From: Paraphysomonas bandaiensis
Taxonomy: Eukaryota; Protista; Chrysophyceae
Assembly (NCBI GenBank): GCA_965644295.1
Contig: CBFFRP010000192.1
Location: forward strand, 3,723 to 67,722
Reading direction: 5' to 3'
Length of the DNA: 64,000 nucleotides
Below are positions 27,910-40,300 of this stretch, one piece after another; position 1 is the stretch's first letter; each line of letters begins with the position of its first letter. The notes under the pieces were generated by a model that had not been told where the DNA came from, ran no database searches, and saw nothing but the letters and a program-made list of their open reading frames with translations. Position numbers and translations under genes: made by a program.

Positions 27910-28020
27910 TAAGTTCAAGCATTTCTTTATCATACTTTAAAGAAAGGAGCCGATTTTTTAAAACTATTTTATATATTGTTTGTTGCGTGTAGTTTGTTTA
28001 ATCTTCTTTTCATTTCCTTT

Positions 28021-28212
28021 ACAACACCAACATCAACACCACACCATCATCAACACCATCACCATCATCAACACCATTGCCACTTGTGTTACTACACCAT
28101 TGCCACTTGTGTTACTACACCATCACCATTACTACACCATTACCACTTGTGTTACTACACCATTATCACTTGTGTTACTACACCATTACCACATGTGTTA
28201 CTACACCATTAC
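28021..28212. repeat. CAC/CAT-rich tract plus 23-bp minisatellite (CACCATTRCCACTTGTGTTACTA, about 5 copies)
   Basis: Visible tandem units with no unique spacers. Confidence 0.85.
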
Positions 28213-29566
28213 AACTCTGCAATGGAACTCAGGTTGGGACCTGAGAGCCAAACTCTAAATAAGCTAAAACTCGCTTTAAGAGAGAGAATGTTGCTTATTA
28301 TTAACCTATACTACTTCTGCAGTACTAAATGCTTCTCGGCACCCCAAGAAACTAAAGCACAACTCACCAGCTATGCAGTTCAGTACTAAACAGAAAAGTG
28401 ACGAGCTACAACAACCAACAAAGAGAGAACAAGCTTAACTAAAAAGAATGACGATGCGCTTGGGCGTTGACAGCCACACAGTGACTAAATCCAAATTTTC
28501 TGCGAAGGAGTGACGATATTTATGAATGTTCTTGGAGAATTCTTCTTCTTCATACTCTACACATTAATGTATGGACTCTGCCGTATACACTCTCAACTGC
28601 TGCTCATCTAAACGATAATGGACACTCGACCAATCAGCATTGAGAATAGGGAAAGCATTGGTTCAGTATTCGCTTCCTGTATTTATACAGTGTAGGGTAC
28701 AGTATACTGATACTGTATACCTGCGAGTGATATAGACGCATACATACGATAGAGGAATACTGCAAATACATCATATACAGTGTATACGGTATACAGTGCG
28801 GTTGCTGAGAGGAGATGCAGCTCGCTCAACTGCCATCTTAATATGATTGCAGCACACATACCGAACATACTTATTAGCGAGCAGATTATCGTGAAAATTG
28901 AACAATATGTCCAGAGATGCATTACCATTGTACTCGCTAAAGACCACTGCTTCTTCAATTGCCGATATAGAGTACGAGGCGATATAGTATATTGACTGTG
29001 CAGCATCAGTACGAGGGTCCACACAGTGTGATGATCAAATGGAAGGTTCCGTAAAATCATGTAATCAGTACGTACAGTCATGGCAGGTGATATATAGGTC
29101 CTTCTTCCAGACAGAGGTGGTCTATGGCAACCCTTAGTCACCATTAATTGGAAATGGATATATGCACCACACAGAGGCACATAATAACGGTAAAGTAGCC
29201 GCAGACACATCCACTGACTGCAGGAAAAGCACGTATACACTGTTTACGTACTATAGGTGATTGTAGAAGCTACATATGTGCATTTACAGGCTACTGGTTG
29301 AATATAGAGCCATGTACACATATATACCATATATTAGGGTAAGGATACAACATATATATATATTCTGTAGAAGGGTCACAACCTATACATATATGTGTGG
29401 GTGAAAGAGAGAAACTAGGTTAGTATGTACGCATATATATATGTATACATCCAAACTGTAATAATAATAACTCTTCAAAAGAATTATATATCACAGCCCA
29501 GCATATAGAATAGAAGATAGTGCTGATGATTATAAACCTGCTTTAAACCTGCACAGGTTTACAACT

Positions 29567-29790
29567 CTGTCATTTTGGCATTGGCTTTTTATAACATAAA
29601 CTAGTATAATAAATTTTATTTTATAACTTTTTCTAATTTTCATAAAAGCCAAAATGCCAGAAAGCCAAAATCATATTTTAATTTTATTATAAGATAATTA
29701 TTTAATATTATATAAAGTAATTAATTTTTATATAAAGTATAGTATTATTAATATTATTATATAAGATAATTATTATAGAGTAAAAAGGAA
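29567..29790. repeat. Extremely AT-rich tract with imperfect inverted repeats of GCCAAAA motifs
   Basis: CTGTCATTTTGGCATTGGCTTTTT (29567..29590) is inverted relative to AAAAGCCAAAATGCCAGAAAGCCAAAAT (29644..29671). Confidence 0.6.
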
Positions 29791-29899
29791 GAGTAAGAAA
29801 ACGAATGTTTTATTACGATAGGAGAGCCTTTCCGGCTCAGGAGGAATGCCTAAGCGGCTTAGAGCGCTCCCTCTGCCCTCTTCCTCGCTGTGTGTCTAC

Positions 29900-31400
29900 T
29901 CCTCCAATTGTTGCTGCGGTGTTGAAAATGAAAGTATATAAGTGGGATGTTCCAATTTCAGTGACGTTTGGAAATAAGACTTCGACAATGTCAAAGTTTT
30001 ATGTGATATTTAAAGGAATTCTTGGCAAAGTGGCAATTGTAGAATCCTGCAGTAATACTATTTTAAGTGTTCCAGCGTTGAATTTGAAGGGTTTTGATGT
30101 ACTATTGAGTAAGAGTTTGGAATGCTTCTGCTGGGATCAGGATGGTAATTTAGTTGTTCGACAACCATTGCATAAGGTGCATCAGCTATATTATGTTGAT
30201 ATTAGGACGTTAATTGAGGGTGAATGGGACATTCCGGAAGGCCGGATAGGTGATGATGGAAATGTATGAGGGGCTGGCAAAGGAAATTTTTCTGTGGATT
30301 TCCTGGAGCCTCTTTCAGATATAGTGGATATAGGCGTGATTACAGCTGTTCATCGTCGTGGTGTGCGACGAGGTGAAATTGATGAAGTTGTTCAACTACA
30401 CACTCGACTTCATCATGCGGCCCCGTCAGCAGTGATGGTAAAGGCAATCAAGAATGGAGCGTGGCCGGGTGTAAAGGTAAATCCTTCGGTGATAGAACAG
30501 GTGTATTTGCATCAGGATTGTTTGGCGTGTTTAATGGGGAAAACTAATCGTTTATCTCGCCGGTTTGGTTCGGGAATTCATCCTGTGGCAGTGGGTCATA
30601 CAATTGCTATGGATTTCAAACCTGTGAATCCTGTGGGTATTGGTGGTTGGATTGGTTTTTATATGTGTGTTGAAACGACGAAAGGATATAAATGGGCATC
30701 CTTGGTCAAGGAACATACTTCAGGATCTTTGCTGGCAGCAGTGGTGTCAATACGTGCATTTTTAAAGGGTTATGGTCATGAAGTTAGAGTACTTCGTCTA
30801 GATGCGGGTATTGTGGAAAAGGCAGAGACTTTGAGATTGAATTTAAATGAACTAGGAATTGTAGTAGAGCCGGCAGCCCCGGAAGCACAGTTTCAAGATC
30901 CAGCGGAGAGATCAATGCAGACAGTAGAAAAAGGAGTGGCGGCGGTTCTTGTACATCAGTTTCATTTGGGAAATAAGATGTGGCCGACTGCACTTCTTGC
31001 GTTTCTCATGGCGTCAAATTGTTGTCCTAATAAGTTGAGTGGAGAATATTCTCCGTATTATTGGGTAACTGGTAAGCATCCGGATATTATGAGGTGGTTT
31101 AAGTTTTATTGGGGACAGCCAGTGGTGTCAGTGGTATTACGTCAACAGCAGTCTAAATTTACTTTTGCACCGCATGCTGAGTATGGATTCGCCGTAGGAT
31201 CAACATGTTGTGCGAATGGAGCAACATTGGTGTATATATACCAGCTCGGGGGAGTAGAAAATTTTATGTGCGTAGAGATGTGCGAGCGGTAAAGTTGGGA
31301 TTAGAGGATAGAGTGAGATCCATGAAGGAGATCCAAGAAATGAATCCTACGATTTCTGAGGATGGTTATTGCGTGACCCGGGGTTTGTACCGGGTGCAGC
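29900..31400 (+). pseudogene. Copia-type GAG-pre-integrase plus integrase core fragment
   Basis: HHCC-like LHTRLHHA...CLACLMGK; DDE residues IAMDF, LRLDAG, PAERSMQT. Frameshifted at both ends, no RT. Confidence 0.8.
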
Positions 31401-32499
31401 CACTATATATGAATAATAAGGAAATGTAAGAGAGAAGAAAAGAAAAGAAGAAGAAGAATGTGCTTGTTAATAGCCTTACAATAGCTCAGGCATTCCCAAG
31501 CTCTTATAACTGGACACCTCCAACTACGTGTTAAGGTGTAAGGCACTCTAACAAAATACTGAACAGCAAGCAGAACACAAAATAACTCACAAAGAACCAC
31601 TCATGTTCTAGAAGCTATCTAGAAGCACACAATAACATCTAGAACAATATTCTACAAAAGATTGTACAAGATTTGGTTGATTATGTGGACATATCAGTTT
31701 TCTGGAACACTCCCGTAGAATGCTATGAAGACCCACTCCAACCAACAGAGTCTCCAGCACACCAAAATGAGAATATTGTCCAATCATATGCTTGTACTCG
31801 ACAATATACCATCACTGTACTATAGACCATATACAGATATACAACAGCACAATACTGTATACTCAGAATCATATACAGCATTATACAGCCGTATTTACAG
31901 AGGAGTACAAGGTCTCATACATCCCGCATACCAGAGTAGCATCCAGGAGTATACAGCAAATACAGTAAATACGGTAAATACAGCATACGACAGAAACAAC
32001 AGTTGAGAAGAGACTGAAGATGATGATGCTCTTAACGCTCATTGTAGATACATGCCAACGCTCCATAATCAGTAAGAGATAGACGATGACACTTGGCACC
32101 CTAGTCAAGTCCATAATGACAGACGTCCGACGCAAGTCACGGCTCCAAACATCATGAACACGAGAAGTTAGAGTCCACTGCGCTCCACAGGAATATGAAG
32201 ACCACACAGAGCGTACTAATGGCCTCATGGCAAGATGAATGGACCCTCAGGTGATACAATGTGTACATATACCATACATACGTCATATTCATGTCATGTA
32301 TACATGCAGATCGTGCTTATGACAAGACTTGGATCTTATACAAGCACGTGTACACTATACCATATAGTATGCAAGGTGATAAGAGTGTTATGATGGATAT
32401 GGATGGTAGTACACATACATATAGAGATATCGGAAGGTATATATGAATATGTACACACTACATTGATGTTTAATTCCTCCTATCTGCAGCTAGAGAAGA

Positions 32500-34040
32500 A
32501 TTAATACCAGCGCAGCATACAGTGTTCTAAGTGTGAAGTGTAGTATGTATGCAATGATATAAGATGTATAATGTATGTGATATATGTGTTGTGGTGTGAT
32601 GTATTGTGAATGTAATGTGTATGAGGTGTGAGTGTATGGTATAGATGATACATGCATAGCACTACTTCAATACACATGCCATGATAATAATAATCAGTGC
32701 AATCACATAGTGTAGTGTACATACAAGCATAGATGTAACATAGTATGCATAAAATACAACATATCACCGCTAGTGTGAGTCACACTCATTCTCGACATCC
32801 GTAGTCCATTATATGCCCGCTAGAGAATAGAGAGTACGATGGAATAATAGTTGAACGCCACAGCGTTACACTACCCTTGCTTTCCTCTTTTACAATTGGA
32901 TGCCGCTGATTAGTTGTTGCAGCGCCGCTGTACACTGCCCTCTCTCCTCTCTCATTCTCACCATGTCAATCATACTATGAAATCAGTCATTATCTCGTGT
33001 TGCCCCTGTAGATTCTCATATCGTAAGAAGTCATAGGCTGAAAGTCATTTTGATGACGCCAAGCAAAGTCTGCTTATCCAACTGAAAATCACTGAATAGC
33101 AAATCCTGAAAATCTTCTGACTGAACAATACTCTAGATGAAATTCTTCTGCTCTCCTCATCATATTAACGCTTGAATTACTGAACTATTTCCCATAAAAC
33201 TGAACCATTCACTTCGGATATAGGCTGAGCAATATACGTGATCAAGGTCTTCCGGAGAATATGAGTGAGAACCCGATACACATGTGCATGAACAGGACAT
33301 GTCTGCCGAAATGCATTCAGAAGCCCTGTATAAGCCGAAATCCTGAATTAACATTGGATTGTGACCAGATAAGGCGGTCCAGGGCCATGTTCCTCAAAAA
33401 TTGCAACCCCCCAAGTAAAAGGCAGGTCGCCCATTGTGGAATATCTGGGCTTCCTTCTCTCCAGTTTAGAAGGTTGCTTGTGTTTTGCGCCTGCTGACGC
33501 ATCAGGGCTACTTGAATGTTGTGATTGGACTTGGTCGGTGTCTTCCAATCCATGCACCTTCTCCTCCAGTCTCTGCATCCTATCATTCAAAGTTGAAACC
33601 GCTGAGACAACGTCAGTGAAAGTGGTTGACATTGTCCTGAGCGTGTCCAAAATCTCCTGATTGGAGCTTGCACCCGCCATGGCTTCACTCTTTCCTGCGG
33701 CCGCGCTTGGAGGTCTTGGGTCAGCTTCAGTTTTCTCTTCCTGAGGAACGTCAGACTTCTTGGGTGAGGTCTTCTTTCCTTGCTTTCCACGCTTACCCTC
33801 AGTAGGTGTATGCATGATTAAGTTTTAGTGACTGGGTTTGTGCCTTTTATTAGTCCTTTTGCAGGGTTTTCAGCAACCACCTGTGCACTTGTAGCTCGAA
33901 TTCTAGTAGCTAGCGGACTTGCCAACTATACTGGATATTCTCACTCCAAAAGCACACCACTGAGTACAACAAATGCTTGAGAAGCAGTTATGTTGTTCAC
34001 AGCTTGTCACTGCACAGAACACCACTGTAAACAATAGCAA
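32500..34040 (-). mobile_element. Internally deleted Gypsy-like LTR element: PBS, gag-like ORF remnant, PPT and 3' LTR start
   Basis: LTR end ...TTTACA followed by G-TGGTGTTCTGTGCAGTGAC (PBS-like, 34024..34006). Gag-like coiled-coil ORF 33815..33348. PPT AAAAGAGGAAAGCAAGGGTAG (32891..32871) then TGTAACG. Identity between the two LTRs was not confirmed. Confidence 0.5.
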
Positions 34041-34587
34041 GGACTTTCTCGCAGTTGATTTACGGGGTTCAGGCAGCTAGGCTACGTTGCGTACTATGTC
34101 CTAACAGAGACTTTTAATCGGCTTTACCCTATAGTCAGGTAACGAATATGAGGAGACGGAAAAGTCTAGCTCAGTATTCTAAGTGAAAAATCAAGCAATA
34201 TAATTCAATTACAGGTGTGTAGTATGAGTGCAAAAGACAGTGTGAAATGTTTGTCTATTGACTATAATAACACAATAACAGAATGCAAAATATTTTGCAC
34301 GAGCAATTTAGTAATTAATTACTATGACGCAGCCTCGTTTGACAACTCAACTGTCACCTCACAGTTTGGTTTGATAACCAAGACTATGGCTCGTGATAAC
34401 GCTAACTACTATCACTGTATAGGAATCAAGACAATGAGACCAAAGAAGTGATATTATTACAGGTAAACTTATGTTTCAATCAACTATACTCGAGTGACTG
34501 ACTCCCGCGAAGAATCAGCACGCAAACACCACCGCTAGTGATGTCAGGTCGCTAGTACCCAAGTATGGTTTGTAAAGCCGGCGTAGG

Positions 34588-36306
34588 TTGGCGAACGCAT
34601 CGGTGTTAGGAGAAATAAATATGGTTGAGGTGCCAGATGCATGCACTGTTAACTTTAAACATGCAGAGTTTCAACATGATGATTTTAAGACACCAGACTC
34701 CTATGCTGAAGCAGAGAGATCTCCACAGTACATGAAGTGGAGAGAAGCTCGGAAGGTGGAGAAGACCTCACTACTGAAGAGACGTGTCTTAAAGATTGTG
34801 CGGACTCCACGAGGAGTGAAGTTGGTGCGAGCAAAGTATGTTCACACGGTGAAGAGAGACCTTCTGGGGAACGTAGTCAAGTATAAGGCGCGGCTGGTTG
34901 CATTAGGGAATCTACAAGAAAAAACGGAGGAGGAGCAGTCCACGTTTGCTCCAGTGGTCAAAGGAATAACCATTCGACTGGTTCTTGCAATTGCCTTTAT
35001 GTTTCATATGCATGTACATCAGTTGGACGTATCATCAGCGTTTTGTTATGCCGATCTTGAAGAGGATGTGTATATGGCACCTCCACCTGATGAAGAGTTG
35101 CCAGCGGGGTGGTGTTTTCAATTGATCAAGGCCTTATATGGTTTGCGGTCATCACCGAGGCAGTGGAACAAGCATATTGACAAGTTTATCAAATCGTTAC
35201 ATTTTACTGCTTGCATTTTAGATACATGCTTGTATATGCGATGGAGTAATGGTCAATTGCACTTATTGCTGATATATGTTGATGATATTATCATTGCATC
35301 TGCTGATCTCACCTACTTAGAAAGTGTTAAATGTAGGTTCTGCGAAACGTTTGAAATGCATGATCTGGGTGTGTGCAAACGGTTTCTGAATATCAGAATC
35401 ACGAGAGGCGAGGACTGGTACATGTTAGATCAATCGGAATATGCCAAGAATATTGTCAAGAAATTCAGTTCGTTTATGGGAAAGAGCAGTAAGAATAAGG
35501 AGACTCCACTACCTACCAATGTTCAGGACTTGTTGGCAGAGCAACGTGAGCTGACGGAGAAGCAGAAGCAGTGGGTCGAATCATTTCCGTATAGAGGAAT
35601 TATTGGAGCGGTGTTGCATTTGGCGATTCACACTAGACCTGATCTGGCTTACGCTGTGGGGTTATTGGCTCGATTTAGTACTTCTCCAACATATGCGACT
35701 TGCAGATTAGCTATTCATTTGTTGAAATATTTACGTGGTACAGTTGATAAGGGAATCAGATTCAGTGGGAGTGAGTTTGATTTACATGTATTCAGTGATT
35801 CAGACTGGGCTGGGGATAGGATGACTCGGCGATCCACAACGGGATACATCGTGTTTTTATGTGCGGGCGCATTGGCCTGGCAGTCCAAGCTTCAGACCAC
35901 AGTTGCGACTTCGAGCATGGAATCTGAGTATATGGCGGAGTATGCGGCTTTGCAAGAACTGGTGTGGCTTCGGGGGGTGTTCAAGGAGCTCGGACTCTTG
36001 GTAACGAAGCCAACTCCATTCTTTATGGATAGTAAGAGTGCAAAGGATCTTTCAGAGAATCCAGTGTATCATAAGAGGTCGAAGCATATTGACATCAAGT
36101 ATCACTGGATAAGAGAACATGTTAATGGCAAATTTCCTACAGCAAAATTGATTCATGTATCTACGGATGATATGGCGGCTGATATTTTTACAAAGGCGTT
36201 GTCCACGAAGATCTTCAGTCGTCATGAGAAAACGATTACCGGGGTTAAGAGGAGTGTGTCTAACAGTGTGGAGGAGCAGCAGAAGAAACGACCCCGAAGA
36301 GGTTAA
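34588..36306 (+). CDS. Copia (family A) reverse transcriptase plus RNase H, 5'-truncated
   Basis: YKARLVA, HQLDVSSAF, LYGLRSSPRQW, IYVDDII, FSDSDWAGD, RSKHIDIKYH, ADIFTKAL. Non-ATG start; gag and integrase absent. Confidence 0.93.
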   Translation: MANASVLGEINMVEVPDACTVNFKHAEFQHDDFKTPDSYAEAERSPQYMKWREARKVEKTSLLKRRVLKIVRTPRGVKLVRAKYVHTVKRDLLGNVVKYKARLVALGNLQEKTEEEQSTFAPVVKGITIRLVLAIAFMFHMHVHQLDVSSAFCYADLEEDVYMAPPPDEELPAGWCFQLIKALYGLRSSPRQWNKHIDKFIKSLHFTACILDTCLYMRWSNGQLHLLLIYVDDIIIASADLTYLESVKCRFCETFEMHDLGVCKRFLNIRITRGEDWYMLDQSEYAKNIVKKFSSFMGKSSKNKETPLPTNVQDLLAEQRELTEKQKQWVESFPYRGIIGAVLHLAIHTRPDLAYAVGLLARFSTSPTYATCRLAIHLLKYLRGTVDKGIRFSGSEFDLHVFSDSDWAGDRMTRRSTTGYIVFLCAGALAWQSKLQTTVATSSMESEYMAEYAALQELVWLRGVFKELGLLVTKPTPFFMDSKSAKDLSENPVYHKRSKHIDIKYHWIREHVNGKFPTAKLIHVSTDDMAADIFTKALSTKIFSRHEKTITGVKRSVSNSVEEQQKKRPRRG

Positions 36307-36475
36307 AGGTGTGTTTTAGTGGGTGAAAATCCCACATAACTGTATATCTAGTTGACTGCTAGGTATATATGTATCTTTAAAAGATTTCACATCTGTTTTT
36401 ACCTATGGGACTAGATAGTCATAGCATTATCAGATTATTGTGATCACTGTTGTTTTGTCTCACTGCATTCTACAT

Positions 36476-36779
36476 TGAGTGGGAGTATTAGAATATGGAT
36501 CTTATTCTAGTATATTCAGTATGTCACTTGAAGACAATGTACGAGAATACAGTGAAATATAGTGATGTACAAATGCTGTGATGATATTGAGAAACTGAAA
36601 TAGGTTGACCTTTCAAGATATGTTCAGTAACGAGAGGTTCGCATATGTAGGATATTATGCAGGGATTATAATGAGTTAGTGTTGGTTATCACAACTTCGT
36701 GTAAACGATACTAATAAATCTATCTAGTCTTACGACAAATTCTCTCTGTGATCTAGTGTAAAATTAACATTTCTCAACA
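36476..36779 (+). mobile_element. PPT plus 3' LTR of Copia A
   Basis: TGAGTGGGAG (36476..36485) then TATTAG...CTCAACA (36486..36779). Confidence 0.75.
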
Positions 36780-37311
36780 TTGAAGTATGCAAGCTATTAA
36801 CACACGTATGGCAATATATTCGTGGTTCTATTGACAAAGGGATTCAATATGGGAGTAGACGGTTCGACTTCCATATGTTTACTGACGCGGATTGAGCGGT
36901 ACTGAGTTTTTTTAGACAGAGGTTTAGACTTAGAGATGAGTCTATTTTACTGTCAAGAATTTTATCTCAGGCATTCAATAGCTAGGAGGCGTCATGGTAC
37001 AACACTCAATTGAGGGGGAGTGTAGAGATCTGAAGATTCTATATACTTGCAATTGAGTGCAGTATTATGTGAGATGCAAGGATCGAAAGATATATATGTA
37101 ATTAGTACATTATATTGTGTAGTATGAAACTGAAGTAGAAGTGGGTGACTATACAGGATACGATCACTGAATGTGTGGTTTGTACACTATAGTAGTAAAT
37201 GAATGGTGTTGAACACATCGAACACAACTTAGGTTCTTTATCATGTAATGTTTATAATTTCATCTTATCATTTTGAGAATAGTAAACCTTAGCAAATAAT
37301 GTCAACTTCTG
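36779..37311 (+). mobile_element. Internally deleted 3' fragment of Copia B with PPT and LTR
   Basis: 36779..36899 matches 47407..47527, then jumps to 48027 onward. The LTR from 37021 is near-identical to 48152..48442. Confidence 0.92.
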
Positions 37312-37338
37312 ATACTCGGACTGAACTTTCACTGCGCA

Positions 37339-40300
37339 TTACAAATGCTTTACTCCACGTTTCCCTCCAATATTAACACGCGTAGTGCTTGCGTCATCTT
37401 CAATAACCTCGAGACACACATCACAAATTGGTGCACTTCCATCCACACTCTCCGCATTCCTACAGGTCACGTGAATACGTTGTTAATGAACTTAAGTTTA
37501 TAGCACAGTGAATCGTTCATATTGTAGCAGGCATCAATCACCTCCGTGACCTTTGTTTATGGCTCTACCTTTATACTTCCCACTCACTCAATTTAGAATA
37601 GAGCAACCGGCACATGAAGTATTAGTCGACCAGATGTGCTGTTCAATCACAGTTTATAGTTATGACTGACAAGGAGTTGTCAATCATTGAGTTGCACAAA
37701 TATTTCGTAAACACTTCTTAATGCTTAATCATTATATTATTTCTATGATTACAAGATTTCGTGGAGATGTTTTCAACAGTATTTCGCATGTCTAGCCCAT
37801 TCTATCGATCAAACGACGTTGACCACACATTAACATCTCATAACAGATGGTGGCTCAATCGCTCTAACGATTGGGAAATTAAAAACATATGGACACAGGT
37901 CAATCATTTCCTTTAATTCAGCATCGTTTCGTTTCAGATTAGATCCTTTGTTCTTTGGCTGTTTGCGCTTGCAAGAAGTCAGTGATACAAGAGTATTCAT
38001 TATATCATCTGAGTTCACAAAAGGAACACTGAGAACCTCTTCTAGATCACCAATACAACTAAGCAAAGCAAAATGGTGGTCTTCTGGAAGACCATGCCTG
38101 AAAACAATATATTATGGTCAATACATTGCAAATGGGTCTGAGTACCGTAATATAGCAGAGCTGTACTTCTCTATAATATGCCACGCACTACTCGTCGATG
38201 CCACACGACACACAACATCCAGGGAAAACAAATTCCGTAAAAACTCTCTTCCTCTTTCAGCCGCTAAGACAAGCTGGAAAATATATATTTAAACGAGTAA
38301 TAGCATTAACAAGCATCACACCTGTGCACATCGCAGGATCTCTTTATCATTTTTGACTCCAATTAAACTAAGATGTCGTTCCGCCCACCTCTCCATTTCA
38401 CCCGCATTTTGCTTAAGTTGTTCGTAAAAATTGTTGATATTGTAGTTAATAATGCTGGTACACCGACTATTCGTGTGTTGTATGCTTTTATGACACTCAA
38501 ACAAACCAACAAATACTTGCTGTAAAGCTAATGTGACCATACTAGATAGAGGCATATCCATTACATTGCCCACTGCACTAGCTGTAGGAGGGGATGTTAC
38601 CCGTGAAGCAGAAAACTGTAAATGGTTGAAAACAGCGCTTCTGCAACTTAGAGATGGTAACTCGCCAATAAGTGGAACAGTTGCTGCTCGAAACGGCGGT
38701 TCATCCAGAAACCATCGAAGATAGTATCTACACCAACCACTATTATATTAGAAATATTAAGCTTGAATTTGCCTACCTCACAACTGATGTTACAACCCAT
38801 GTAACTCTATGTCGTAAAGCCGTGCGTTTGTGCTGTACGTTATATAAGAGTGCAATGCTGAACTCAGCACCTTCCCTAGGCGGCAAAGAATCCTTAGCAA
38901 CAGAAGAATAACTCATATACTTTAATCCAAACTCGGCACAAATAGTCTTAGCCATCTTTATAACATCAGTCGTAGTAACACGTATCGCTATACCGTCCGT
39001 TATCTGGACATCTTCTTTGCATGCATCCAGAACGCGTGCCGCCAGTAAATGGTCATTGGCAATAGAAGCCATAGATCCCCGCATATATGATATCAAAACC
39101 GCTGAGTTGCTCTTCTCACCTGACTCCATCTGTTGTGCTTCATGACGAACTATATTTTCAATACTTTCAATCAATGCAATAAGTTGATTAGCTAGTAACT
39201 CAAAACGCCTGGACGAACCCGGTCTCCTATCATTCGGCGGAGAAACACACTCCCCGACTAGCCCGACAAATCGCAGTTTCTTACTTTCATTGGAAGGGTC
39301 ATTCTCTATGGTTTTGCATGCATCATGTGTCAGCGCGAGTAGAGAATCTTGAAGATCATCAAATATATACATCGACATAGCCATGTCGCTTTCAGTCATT
39401 GATGACCTTGCAAGCACATCCGAGAGGGCGGCAACAAGTGTTGTGTATCCAATCGAATTCATAATGGAACCATTGCTCAGTACTTCCATAGTATCGTTAG
39501 ATTCAACTTTCTTTGCCGCACGACGGAGATGTAGCATGGTGCGCACACGCCTCACATCACTTGATTTCGCAATGGACATATCAGATAAATTGCATGACTG
39601 CGACAGCACCATCGATACAATGTCTTGATCGATACAAGAGGGTCCAACAGAATTATCTTCATCGCAATATGTAGCCGCTTCAGTTCCCTTTATAGGTGTC
39701 GCAAAATGCGACCTCTCAGCTACTTCGACTGCAGTTTCAGTAGAAGAACAACGCTCTAAACGAAGAATATCAACCTTTGCTCCGTCTTCAGTAGAAAAAG
39801 AAGTCTCTGGCAATGTTGTCGTCGTCACTCTATTAGTTTCTCCTGCTCTCAGACTAACAGTTGCAGATACTGACGCCCTTCTCTGTCTTCTACGAGTTTT
39901 GGGAGCATCCGCAGATAGCACATCCGTACCATTGTTACTGCCTTTCTCAGGTATGTCTGATGTTAAAGGTACTTTTACAATTTGGCCTAAAGTATCTTGG
40001 GCTTTAGATGACTTACGAGGACTCTTTCGCAACGTCATAGGCGTCATTTCATTCACATACTTCACTGTGCTGTCGCCATAGCCTGTAGTAGCTTCAAGGG
40101 TCTCAACATTACTGCCCTCGACCAATTTAAACGGCACTGCCACGGGATCCCAGTGAATGAAACCGGCATCTTTCTCTTCTGAATCAGAATCCGGTTCGAC
40201 ATCAGCACATACAGTATCGCCATCCTTAACTACCCCACCATTACTATCGCTACAGGATATCCCACTTTCTGCTACATCACATGACACAGAAGAACCGTCG

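Noticed and set aside
27976-28389. His-rich and Thr-rich ORFs; CRISPR-like 23-bp repeats
   Set aside because: These are translations of a minisatellite, and the units are contiguous without unique spacers.
28683-29240. 185-aa and 83-aa minus-strand ORFs, possible protease-like HxxW motif
   Set aside because: No convincing motif set; low-complexity TE debris context.
31400-32800. Short Tyr/Cys/Ile-rich ORFs
   Set aside because: Translations of AT/AC-rich LTR-like non-coding sequence.
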